Assembly: GCF_000150275.1 (NCBI RefSeq)
Contig: NW_002060947.1
Location: 7,301,880-7,365,879, forward strand
Origin: Trichoplax adhaerens
Lineage: Eukaryota; Animalia; Placozoa
Direction: 5' to 3'
DNA: 64,000 nucleotides
A model generated the notes under the pieces. It was not told the origin of the DNA. It saw only the letters and a program-made list of their open reading frames with translations, and searched no databases. A program made the position numbers and the translations under genes. Below, piece after piece: positions 25,895 to 39,254 of this stretch; position 1 is the first letter of the stretch, and every line of letters starts with the position of its first letter.

Positions 25895-26550
25895 GCTACC
25901 GATAAAATTTTACTCCAGAATCCTTGTACATGATTGCATTATACGCTAAAGTTTCTGCATAGATCTAGCTCTTCTAATTAACGATAAAATTGTAACTTAG
26001 GCCATAGATAAGGAAATGTTGTTAAACTCGTTTACTTAAGAGGGCAAGGACGAAAATGTTTGAAAGTCAAAGTTTCTGCATGCATAGCTCTACTAATTAC
26101 CGATAAAATCTTATTCCAGAATCCTTGTACATGATTGCATTGCACACTAAAGTTTCTGCATATCTCTGGCTCTTCTAATTAACGATAAAATTGTAACTTA
26201 GACCATGAGTAAGGAAGCGTTATTAAATACGTTTATTTAAGAGGGCAAAGAACGAAAAAATTTGAAAGTAAAAGTTTCTGCGTATATCTAGCTCTACTAA
26301 TTACCGATAAAATCTTTCCCCATAATCCATATACATGATTGCATTGTACGCTAAAGTTTCTGCATAGATCTTGCTCTTCTAAATAACGATAAAATTGCAA
26401 CTTAGACCATGGGTAAGGAAGCGTTATTAAATTCGCTTAATTAAGAGGGCAAAGAACGGAAAGGTTGGAAAGTAAAAGTTTCAGCATACACCCAGCTCTA
26501 TTAATTACCTATAAAATCTTACTCCATAATCCGTATACATAATTGCACTA
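25895..26550. repeat. ~200-205-bp tandem repeat (3+ copies), each built from two related sub-units
   Basis: ccgataaaat..cc(a)gaatcc..tacatgattgcatt recurs near 25899, 26099, 26304 and 26508; aaagtttctgca..gctct.ctaatta.cgataaaat occurs twice per unit. Confidence 0.85.
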
Positions 26551-29500
26551 TTCAGTAGCTAGTCTGCAGGAAACTGGTGCGATACCGTCGTAGTTCGGCA
26601 ATAAAACTATTTATTTATTTACTAACTGATCTATAAAGGTGCTGGCAATTACTGTAAATGCTCATGCTGCGACGTAAGATCGCAACACATAAAAAGCAGA
26701 AAGGCTTAAAATCATATTAGAATTAAAGTTGCACTGTACATCTATTATATTATTATTTAAATAGATGATCAGGCCAATATTTGCACAGTGTTATTAATAC
26801 AGTACAGTAGATTAACCTTCTGTTTAATTCGAAATCCAATACTCTGAAGATAGGCAACCAAAAATCAGTGAGTTACAAAGAGCAAATACTCGTATGCCTT
26901 GCAGAATGTCGTTTTCAAAATAATATTATGAAATTTAGATAATCAAGGAAACCTTGCAAGGTTACAAGGTATAATCTTGTATGAGGTTCCTCAAATTAGA
27001 TATACTTCATATAGGAATGAATAAGCATCAGGTTTAGATCTTTCAAATAATTAAACTAGACTTTATTTTACTTCGCGGATAAAAGATATGTACATAGAGA
27101 AGATTTTTTGCTCCTTCTGCACATGCGAAGTGCAAAATTAAATTCTAACAATAAACACAATATCGTTCGTGACTGAAACATGATTACATGTGTATATATA
27201 GTCCAAAGATATCCTTATTATCGTTTATTATCGGGGTATGCATTGTAGATAAAAGAAATATCAACGGCTTGGAGCTGTTATTCTAATTCTTTCTTTTAGC
27301 TTTTCTAATTCTTTTAAATAGGTTGTCACTTGCATCAACTGCCTTTATATGCAGGTAACTATGAATTTTACAATTAATTACCTTATCATTGTTGCACGAT
27401 CCATTTTTCCGCTTTTAATCCTTCCGTAAGCATATTAATAAATAAACAGATAAAAACATAGAAATATGACTAGATCAGTTATAATTGCCATAAATGTAAT
27501 TAACGCGGCAAGTTTCTGATAAAATTCGAGGGAAGGAAATCTTTTATCCATTTTAATTTGACGATACTCAAAAACTAGAGGTCTTTTATCTGATAGTTAA
27601 AAAATTTGTTGACTGCAATTTAATTCATAAATTAACGGCAGCTGAATATTTATCTACAGCCACGGGTTCAAATAAGTTACGTAGCTCAGCATGAAGAGTA
27701 GATCTATTTCGCGATACTCATATTTATTTCAGAAGAGCTATTATTCAGTACGTGACTAACCTCTACGCAGTAAGACTGTTCTACTATCATGACCTGAATG
27801 TTAATACTCTATCCAGAAGATATGTCAATAGTTTGTCTAGAGTTAGTCTAATTAAAACTTAGACTAGATTACAGTCATACTTTTAATCGTTTAATATGCA
27901 ATTGATGTCTGCTGCACTAGCATTATAATTGGTTGGATAAACGTTCGTATTAATTGTTTTACATCATATTAAATTAAATTATTCTCAACGGATGAAAAAG
28001 AGAATTGGTTTGACCTTTATCTATGATGCGGAAATTAAATTAATCAAGTCACGATTCCTAATTCGATCGGTTAATTAGCATACTCCCCAATGTTGTTACA
28101 ATAATATTTTATGCCTTTTCGTGACCGACTTGACTATGATATAATATGTTCTGTCAATTTTATTTTTGATTGTATTGTACCGATTAACAATAAATAATAA
28201 ATCAGATTGTAAACAATATGTTATTGAAAATTGATCAAAATACCCATCACACCATAAAGTTGCCTCATAAGGATCTTAAGTGCAATCGGGAAAAATTAAA
28301 ATATATAAGATTTATTAATCTTATTTTACCATTGCTTCATTACATTTATTTTTATATATTAAGGAAATAAAATTATAGTTGCAAATTTAATATAGCCCAT
28401 CATTCTTAATATGAAAATTATTTCAGCTTTAATTGTGATAGGGCTGTCTTCAGTTACTTGATCATAAAACAAATAGTTGCAAAGTATATCAACATCTATA
28501 TTTTCATTTAGAATACTATCAGAAATTTGATTGCATTGAGCAACTGCTTTATTGCAATTACTGTAATTGAATTTATCAACATATCCCTTAATTTTTTTGT
28601 TTAGTTTGATTCTGGCTTATATTTTAATTAAAAGATATAATTGATCTGTCTAATAACTACTTAGAAATGAATTATAATATTCGTTTATCAAATGCTAATC
28701 AAATTTATTGGATCTTGATTGTCCTTTTTAAACAAAGAATTGAAACATTAACGGTAGATTAATAGTTTGAATTTATTTTATAGTGTAAAGTCTAAAGTAA
28801 TTAATAGGAAATTTTTCATCCTTTTAGATTTGGACATTGGTTTAAATAAGGTTTCGCTTTAAGTTACCGGAATGCGTGACAATATATTAACTTTATTTTA
28901 TTATTTTAGATTTAGATATTATATTCAAGAAGATGTTTTTTTTAATTTATGAATTTCCTGACAGTTACTCATGGTATTTTTATCACTTTAGGCTTGGATA
29001 TAGTGGAAGGTTCCTTGTTGAAATATCATAAAAATTAATAATATATAATTATCATTGATGCATTGTATGAATAACTATAACACACAGGTAATTTATTTGA
29101 TCCTACTTAATAATAATGCGGTTCGTAGTGGGCAGGATTTACTAATTTCGGCACGATAGAATTTATTTTGGTTAACGATAAATCAGCGTTTAAAATCAAA
29201 TCAAAGATTTAGTGGCCAGAAAGGAAAATTAGATCGTATCTCTACGGATGACAATTACTATTAAGCATAATTTGAATTTATAGCATATTTAGCAATCAGA
29301 GCAACATTATCAATTTACCATTACTGCTGTTATTAGTAATATCTAGAGATATTGTTATAAGTTCCTCTATTGTATGGACTATAAGAGTCGAAAGAATAGG
29401 CTTGAATTTGTCATTTCATTATACTATGATCAATTTTTTTTATATTTACCATGTACGTCTAACTATTTATGCGCCTATATCTCAATATATTATGAAATTT

Positions 29501-32500
29501 TATAAAGCTAGTTCTCATATATGACCACTAAATTTATATTCATTTTTTCGTTATACGCTTACTTCCAAGTAAGCCTCATCTTCTTATAACTCAAAACGTA
29601 TTAAATCTTGTATTTGCAAAACTGTATTTATCGTTAGTTATTATGATATATAATTTATTGGCTTTAATGGCATAAACCTACCCTAAGGTGATTAACTTAA
29701 CTATAATGCAGCTGTCTCACAGTTCTAAAGGGATATTCAATTATAACGTTATCATCAAATTTAATTTCACAAAAATCTTGAATTTCTCTCATCATCTATT
29801 AACTAATTTTAAATTTTGATGAAAAATATGTTTTTTGTTCACTGTACGACACAATCTATTATTTTAATCTATTGCCATCACCTAACATGAACTATATCGG
29901 CAGGTAGAGTAAAAAGTAAAAATAAAAAGCGATTTTAATTTGTTGTATATTACGCTATAATATTTCGCTTTGCTACCATATAAAATAATTACTGGCCAAT
30001 TCAAAATTTACTCTACCATATTACTAAATAGCATCCAAAAGGATATAGTAATTAAATTACCTATTTATGACATAGTTTGAATTGACTTTATTTCTTATAC
30101 GGTATTTAATCCTATCGCCTTGTAATGTTTCTTTAACAGCATTCTATTATGATAAAATTTTTAACATCGGTCCGATAATAATTAATTTTGACAAAGACGG
30201 CATCGTTGTCTTAACATCAATCTTTAATCACCAATTTTAGTAAGATAAAACAAATAAGTTTTTGTTATGAGTTTATTTTCTATAAATACATTTTAATATT
30301 ATTAGGCAATTGAGAATTTAATTATTTCGTCTTTTTTATTACTGCATGCCTTGCACTAATTTTCCAGTAAAGATTTGTAATTCTATTTGCGCCTACAATA
30401 AATAAGATCATTTATCGGGTAAATAAATAGAACATTACTTACAGTATTATGGATTCAGCGGATCTTTATCCGCGTTTTACTGAAACTCTATTGCTGACAA
30501 AAAGTTAAGAAATTATCTAATAAGAGCCTTTATATCATATAATCTATTGCAAATTAGCGAAATGTAATACCAAATACAGACGTAAATCATGGAATAGAAT
30601 CAATCCTTTTAATCTTATAATTAGAATTTAAATCAAAAACAAGCCAACTAAATTAAGGATGATAGATTAGTAATCTGATTAAGTTTATTTAAGAACAACA
30701 ATTTTCATAACTGTCAGTTCAGTAGCCTTGTTACCGTCCAAGTACGAAATCCAGTCAATTCGCGAAATACCTAGTCAATTTGCAAAATGTCATACATATT
30801 GCATTATTAACCGATGCAAATGCTTTAAGGCTAATGTAAATGTTTGGCAATTACTTCTGTAATGGCAAGTTACATATGTATTGATTATTTGAATCAGTCT
30901 ACTATTATTATTCTAATCATCAAAGAAATATGGATTCTCTGGTTTTTTTAGTAATATTACTGCATGAATGAAGATAGTTTCTCTGATTTACGTGTTTTGG
31001 TATTTTGCAGTTTGCGAACTGGCTAGGCATTTCACAAATATACTGAACTTCGTTCTCAAACAGGTACAGCTTTATAAAGATTATGAAATTTTCGTAATTA
31101 AGAAATGGTTAGAAAATGTGAAGCAAAGTAGTCTCTACTGTCAAATTCTTTCCTTGAACAATTATTAAAAATTTAAATATCTAGAATAGGTCTATAATAA
31201 GATAAACAATCTGTAGCTCCTTTCTTTATGATTGCAACTTTCAATAATTATATAAACTCAAAAGAATTACTTTGTGAATGCACTAGCGGATGATTAGAAT
31301 GTCAGAGATAACAGATTTTATATGTAATAACTTAAGTTATAATCATCTTAATCTGTCACACATTAACATATCTCATCTATGCCCACTATAGCTTCTAGGG
31401 GAATAGAATTTGATTTATACGATTACCATATCAAGAGCTACAAATGCAATTAATTGAGTTTATAGTCATAAAGCTGAATTATGAAGCAGTCCATTTCTAT
31501 TATGCGTGGCATAACTACTTTGAACATCTTATAGCTAATTTAGAAACACTAATAGATACATGAGAGAAGCAGTTGAATCTGATTAATATCACAATTTGCA
31601 ATTGATGTAAAACTATCTTGGTCAATAACAACTATTTTCGATACTATTTTACAATGTTGTTATTATAGTATATTTTACGTGTATTATACGGCAACTTACA
31701 GATCTTATTCACTGTTAGAAGTTATTACAATGATCAAATGCTTATATATTAAAGTCTGTTGATGGACAAAAAATGAAAATCATATTAACATTATGTGTAA
31801 TACATTTCCTATCCAATCAATAATTTCACATACTGCCAGCTAACAATATGAACGTCAATTCTTATACTGATTTGAGTGTGATCAATTTTGGAAGCCCTAT
31901 ATTACTATGATATCAGAATCTTTCTTTAGTATATCATGCTGTACACAATATTTTATGATAGAAATAGTAGTTGCAGCTGTAGGTAGGAATGCTACAATCA
32001 GTCTTTCAATACTTAACCGCGCAGTTTCATATTGAGATATCAATAAAGTTAAAAAACTTTATCTAATTTTCTAATAGATATTAAGTGAATCAATCTGTGG
32101 CTTTATTAGAAATACTATGCATGGAAAGATTCAACCAATATCAACGCTTTAGCTCAATTCTAATGAACAAAGAAATGCTGTTTATCTATTCAACTGAATT
32201 TATCATTTAGGATGTTTATCCAACACTATGATATCTACTCTTCTTATTTTTTGCTTCCTTCCATGTGAAGGTTATGATGTGTTTTAAAAGATATTTCAGG
32301 AAATCAATTATTATTTAGATTTGTAAATCATTATGAGGGATTTCTCAAATGACTTATGAATAAAATTTTTAACCTCTTGAAGAATTATTAGCTATATAAA
32401 GTGTAAGCTTTGATGCTACTTTCTAACTTGAATACTTTGGCTACGAAAACATATTACATATAAGCCTATTTGGAAGCCAGAGGTGTTAATTAACGCTTCT

Positions 32501-33979
32501 TGCTGTATCGAAATATTCATTTATAGGTAGTGATCTTGAATTGGCCATTAAAAGTTCATTTATATATGTTTCTTGATTATTATACTATTCCTAAGAGCGA
32601 TCATTAGTAGATTGATTTTTACGTGAATAAGAAATTGTGCAAGAAATGATTCAATATACCTTTCGATATCCAATATTTGTTAACATAAGATATAAATGTC
32701 CGTATCTGGACTAAATTAAACAAATAGCTATGAGAAATAACATCCTTTATGAGTTATTTTATGCAGAGATTTTGACGATTATGCCTAATGAAAATTTTTA
32801 ATGATTGTGATTTAATTTCATACTGTGAGCCTTAATTCGCATATTTTTATTAGCACAGAAAGCGTTTATAAGGACAATAGCTAATAGGTACTTTTTGCAT
32901 CATTTAAATCGTAGATAATACTTTTCTTTTTTCATTACAATTGTAAATTTAATGACTGTTGCATGATAAAATGTTAGTCATTATGGGCGAGTAGATTTTC
33001 AAGCCAGTTGGAAATTAAGCGCGGGTTTCGTGAATTGCTCAGTACAATTACTACTGTTATTAAGATATATAATTTTATAGTTGGTATTTCATTGTAATAG
33101 AAAGAACTCTTGAGGATCAAATAGCGATTTCGGCTACTGACACATAAAATCTTTATTAGTATATAAATTTTTTTTACTTTATTAAAACATCATTATAGCA
33201 GTCGTTAATAAACTATTTTGCGCTCCTACACGATAGAAAGAATTGCTATACATTGTTACCGGTATATTTCAAGATGTCTGCTACGATCTGTGTTGTACAT
33301 AATGAAAAGCAATGGTAGGCAAAGCATATAGTGTAAATGGTTTTTGTTTATTAACTTAATTTCCACTGATCGATAAAAAACATAAGGAAGTTCTCGATTA
33401 CTTACCAACTCTAAATACCAGATTTAAATATGTCAATTCTGTCGGAAGTTTCTTTAAATCTGATGACTACTTCATGTAAAGGATCTTTATTATTATATTA
33501 TAATTATAATAGTCATATGGAGAAATTGGTCGAAATACGCATACGTTCTGCTCTAATTACTAGAATCTTCTCCGATATAGATTATAAGGAAATGCAGTTA
33601 CAACAATTAGAAGATCCCTGATTGTATTAACTAAAGATTTAAACAGCTGTGTCCAGCCGTATATTTCCATGAATTTGAAAGCAATTTACATTTAGAGATT
33701 ATAATATGAATATTTATGTTGTCATCTTATTAGTTTAAGATTTAGAAATAACTGCCTCCGCTGAAAGTTTCCAAAAATATGAAAATGGTAATATTTTGTG
33801 AATTTTCGTTATAGTAGCGGACATGCAGTCTTTTTGTGTCAGGTTTAGAAATCTAATGAGCAGTTGGTAGTTAATTAAAGACAGTAGTTACTTTTTGAAT
33901 GATCTTACCTTTTTGTAATAAAAACTATAAGAAAGATATATTTATTAATGACTATAGAATAGATTGTAACGTAGCATGT

Positions 33980-34419
33980 TGTCACGGTACGAACTACCGT
34001 GAAGAAATAGCCATCTAAATTTGGTTAATATAATATAGTGATAATATATTACAACTAGTTACTTACAGTAGGAATTACTCTAATTATAAATGTGTTACAG
34101 TAAATTTAATGCTGTGCTGTAATGTGTACTGAAATGATTCTGTGAATGGACATATTGTAGTCCGACTGTGAAAAATTAGTTAGTAGATATTCTCACCTAA
34201 GAATTTTTATAAGATGGCTCGTGAATGTTAGCTGCTGTAGAAGGGATATAAGCCCGCCAGATAGTTGAATAAAGCAGTTCTCGGTTGTATAGTTGTTTTA
34301 ACGTAGAATCAAAGGCGTCTAAATTCTTGTGAGGTAGTTAAGGGATACTGAATCCCAGAGACTATAGTAATTTAGAGATTTGTTTTACGTTATCCTTGTC
34401 ACGAAGCTGGTTTGTGACA
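33980..34419 (+). mobile_element. Solo LTR, 440 bp, 5-bp TSD CATGT
   Basis: Begins tgtcac, ends gtgaca (terminal inverted repeat), flanked by catgt on both sides. Internal TATA-like (34245) and aataaa (34268). 3' end aagctggtttgtgaca is shared with the 630-bp LTR. Confidence 0.88.
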
Positions 34420-36937
34420 CATGTTCATAGAAACTTTGATGAGAGCTCATATTATAGCTAAAATCACAGAATTTTAAGTCTATAAGAACTGCAAGTTTCT
34501 GTAAAAAATTTGAATACGTAATAAATCAAACTAGAGTTTGAATTTATTTAACTAATGCCCTCTAGTATAGCAACTTATTTTTCATACAGAAAACTATAAT
34601 TTATTATATTACGAGAATGAAAATAATTGAATAAATCTTTGACTTTTAAAGTACAATTCCGTGATTGATCCAAATTAGTTGAATTTTTGCATTTATTGGA
34701 AATAATTTCCATCTTTAGGAATGGAAAATCAAACCTATAAAACTGTTTCCGATCCAAAAAACAAAAAAGCTATTTTAACATTGCAAACAATGGGAGAATA
34801 TGAACAGATGCTAATTAGATAATAATAAACGGCAGTTTAAGCGAAAAAAACATTATTTATAATCTTGCAACATTAATGAAAGGAAACAAATATGAATTAT
34901 AACATACTGAGCGAAAGAAATTTATTTTTCTTAAATTTATTTATTATAAGAAATATCAATAGTATTTTTCTTACGGGCTATAGATTCAATCGAGGTACAT
35001 TCAAGTTTCATTGGCCAGGGAATATTGGTTAAAGAACCAAGCTTAATATGATGTCAAATAGAATAATAAGCTCGATAATAGTAGGCCATGCCAAAGTTAT
35101 GATAAAGCCTGAAAGACGGAAATAAATTGTGATACCCAACGGTTTAGAAAAAGTGTTTGATGTTATCCAATATACTCGTACGCCTATACAGAAATATTGA
35201 CCATGATGCAGAAACTATTCTATTCTTGTCTTCTAATTGATTATTTTTTGATGATGAATACTATTTAATGGAATTAAATCATAACTAGCTTAAAAATATT
35301 ATTCTACTGGGATTGTAAGGAGTAAAATTATAAAATTCATTAATCTTCATTTAATTTCGCTTTTTGGAATAAATAGTCAGAAATAATTTCAATCGATTAC
35401 ATAAGAAAATATGGTAAATCAATTGCAGAAAAGTAGTTTAGAAAATGCAGAAAATACTCCATTACTGTTGATAAAATGAATGCGCGGTTTTGATGCACTG
35501 CATACTTAATACTCAATACATAGCCAGAATAAAGGCTTCAATCATGGTTAATTAAAGCTGGGGTATTCATGATTTTTTCAGAGGTAACTTTGAAATAGAT
35601 GTTAGATTAAAAGTATGATTTCTATTTGATGGATTTCTCTGATAAGATAGAATAGAAAACTTACTTCAATTAGTAGCAGAAAGAAGTAATAATTTAAAGC
35701 ATCCTATAATTATATTGAACTTTTTATCAATTGTGTAAACAGAAGCACTTATTATTGTAAATATTAATTATAAACCTTAATCCATAGCTATGACAAAGGT
35801 ACTTTTAAAATTAAGACTAATTTAGCGTTGTGGCTAAGAGAAGTGCTACTATGAAATATGTAAGTGCAAGTGGATTAAGGATATTATCTACGTTTTCAAT
35901 GAATCAATTTCACTGTTAAAATTGTACATAAGATTAATTTTAATTAGCAAGTCAAGAAAAAGTCTTCTGATCAAGTATACAGGAAAAGTTATGTATACAC
36001 AGTAGCTATTCTGTTGCCCCTGGTGGAAAAAAATTTAATATTTGGTATTCTATATAATATTGAATTTGATCTAAGCCCAGGATGAAAATATATTTCTAAT
36101 ACTGGTAAAGGAAATACTGCTATAAAATACGATAATTTCACTTTAATAGAGTATAGACATCACGTCATAAGTGATTTGTGATTCTCTATTCTAAATCTCG
36201 GATGTACTATAGAAATTTAGACTACTTCATTGAAATCTGCTCTTAGTTCTGTCGTTACAAAAGATTAGTTTCCCTTACTGTAACGTTAGCCATAAGTTGA
36301 CAGCCAAATTAAAAAGTTTGAGACTGGTATTTATTCTTCTTGCCTTAGTGTAGCGAAGAAATAGCAACATCAATGCATACTTCTAAAAATTCATGAAAAT
36401 GAGATCAAGTGAGTTTATTCAGATCAATTGTTGAGTATGAAATAAGTACCCTGGATATTAGCATTCTTTTTATATGGAATGCAGAAATATTAAATCTAAA
36501 CTCTCTACAGGTAGGAACTTTGACTAATTCCCTTCCTTTGATATCATGCATAGAATTTTTACAATTCATTTAGCGATAAATTAGGAACAGTTTATCTTCT
36601 CATTTGCAGCCCTAATAATGCAGCAATGGTCATACAAATATTTTGAATCTGTTTAATTCAATTTCTGAATATCAGTCAGAAAATACATGAAGATTTTGCC
36701 TATCAGTATAGCGTATAGCTCACAAGTAGTTATCTGTTTCAGCTAATACTGGTCTACACATTGATAGAATTTTACACGAGTAATTACATAAATTCTGATA
36801 CGTTTCTTTATAGCATAGATGATCATAGATTTGCACATTAGAAATATTAATGTTAGGGATGATTAAATTTCTGAATTTTTAAAGATCAGCCGTTATGTAG
36901 TACAAAGCACTAATTAATGAATAATTATGGATATTGC

Positions 36938-37567
36938 TGTTACAGTGTTATATACTGTATTACAGTAGAAATTTCTATGTTAGGATAATTCTATTAGACT
37001 ATCCTTATTTAGTTAACTTCTGATTTGGATATACTGTGTTTTAATATAGCACTGACTTTTTATGACAGTGACACTTATACACATACTGAAATTAATAGTT
37101 ATAATAGGGAATGCAAATCATCTACTTACAGTTCGAATCATTGTGATTGTAATTTACTTATGGTAGATTGTAAATTATCATGGAAATGCTCCGTGATAGG
37201 GCATATCGTAATCTGACTATTCTGTATTAGTCATTACATGTCTATGTTCTTAAATACTGTTGTCTGCTTTAAGGGAGCAGTAGCTAAAATTAATATCTAA
37301 TTCAGTAAATGATTCTAATGTTAATTGTATTAACTATGACTCATGAACTATTGAGGAGTAGTATATAAATGCAGTATATCGTGAAATAAAGTGAATTCTC
37401 CAACTTAGTGTTTAACGTAAAATACGAGGCGTTTAAGTCTTTGCGTAGTCTGCTAGTAGAGCAAAAGTGTTTATGATAGTGCAGATATCGTTCCTTGATA
37501 CGTGGTTCAAGGAATTGACTTATTGATCGTATATTGCGTTATCTTGTTGCAAAGCTGGTTTGTGACA
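36938..37567 (+). mobile_element. Solo LTR, 630 bp, 5-bp TSD ATTGC
   Basis: tgttac...gtgaca termini; attgc at 36933-36937 and 37568-37572; tatataa (~37362) followed by aataaa (~37385). Confidence 0.92.
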
Positions 37568-38623
37568 ATTGCTTTCCTCTAATATAAAACTATATTGATG
37601 CAGAATAACATAATTAAAAAACTATAATTTCCTTATTTTTCGAGCTAAAGAATGAATTTAAGAATTTCCTTCTAAGCTCTCGTCACTTAAGTTTTGATAA
37701 TAAATGATATTCAAATCCTGTCTATAAATTATTATTTCTGCCATTTGTTAAAGCATTCGTTTATTAAACTGATTGGAAATCTACTATTTCTATGGGAAAT
37801 TTAAGTATCCATTAATATTTCCATGGTTCCAAGTTAAACAAGCTATATATTAAGACGCAGTACCGTACAGCATAATCTCTAAAACCTTATTATCGAGGTT
37901 ATTTTTATTCAAAATTATGGAATTTCCTTATTTCAACAATTTAAAGAGCTTCCATCTATCCATATAGGGGACTACTCAATTCCGTCGGTGTTAACTTAGA
38001 TATAACATAGTATCTAAATGTCATCAATAAACTATGCGATATTTCCTTATCGAGATTGTTATTTTGTACCAGCATTATAATCTTGTGGGACGCACTTTAC
38101 TGCTAAAGAAGCTTCCATCTATATTTTAATCATTGTGATAATATAGTGCATGGACGTAACTAGTAAATCACGAAACAAACTCTTGTTTAGGCTATGAAAC
38201 GCAATTACTCGAACTAGCGTGCCTATGCAAAATATTGTTTCCTAAATTTTATTTATTTTTTATGAAAGTATGACATAATAAATATCCTATTCTATAGAAC
38301 TATTTTTTATAGATAAAAGTGGATGTAAATCAAGCGGACCGTAATGTACAGGATGCTGAATATCATTAATATAAACTTTTAATACTGATAGTTAGGGTAT
38401 CATAAATTCCGGAACGACGATTATAATGTTATTTTACTCAATATCAAAATGTAAAAATACTATCTATCACTTTTTGGTCTTGTTACCGTCCTGTAAAAAG
38501 AGAGAATTGTAAATTAGAGCTTGTTTGATTTCAGTTGCACGTCATCAATTAGAATATAAAATTAGTCATTCTATTTGATGCAGCCGGATATTTACATAAA
38601 AGCAAGTTAAATTGTAGAGTAAA

Positions 38624-39254
38624 TGTCACAAAACAGCTTTGCAACAAGATAACGCAATATACGATCAATAAGTCAATTCCTTGAACCACGTATCAAGGAA
38701 CGATATCTGCACTATCACAAATACTTTTGCTCTACTAGCAGACTACACAAAGACTTAAACGTCTCGTATTTTACGCTAAACACTAAGTTGGACAATTCTT
38801 CTTTATTTCACGATATACTGCATTTATATACTATTCCTCAATAGTTCATGAGTCATAGTTAATACAATTAACATTAGAATCATTTACTGAATTAGATATT
38901 AATTTTAGCTACTGCTCCCTTAATGCAGACAACAGTATTTACGAACATAGACATATAATGACTAATACAGAATAGTCAGATTACGATATGTCCTATCACG
39001 GAACATTTCCATGATAATGTACAATCTAGCATAAGTAAATTACAATCACAATGATTCGAACTGTAAGTAGATGATTTGCATTCCCTATTATAACTATTAA
39101 TTTCAGTATGTGTATAAGTGTCACTGTCATAAAAAGTCAGTGCTATATTAAAATACAGTATATCCAAATTAGAAGTTAACTAAATAAGGATAGTCTAATA
39201 GAATTATCCTAACATAGATATTTCTACTGTAATACAGTATATAACACTGTAACA
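38624..39254 (-). mobile_element. Solo LTR, 631 bp, inverted copy of 36938-37567, 5-bp TSD GTAAA
   Basis: Reverse complement of the previous LTR with roughly 20 differences counted by eye; gtaaa at 38619-38623 and 39255-39259. Confidence 0.92.

Noticed and set aside
37025-39167. Twin 63-aa ORFs (37025-37216 + and 38976-39167 -)
   Set aside because: They lie inside the two solo-LTR copies, start at TTG and have no recognisable motif; they are a by-product of the repeat.
36938-39254. Single foldback or TIR transposon with 630-bp terminal inverted repeats
   Set aside because: The outer flanks do not match each other (attgc vs gtaaa), while each arm has its own TSD, so these are two separate insertions.
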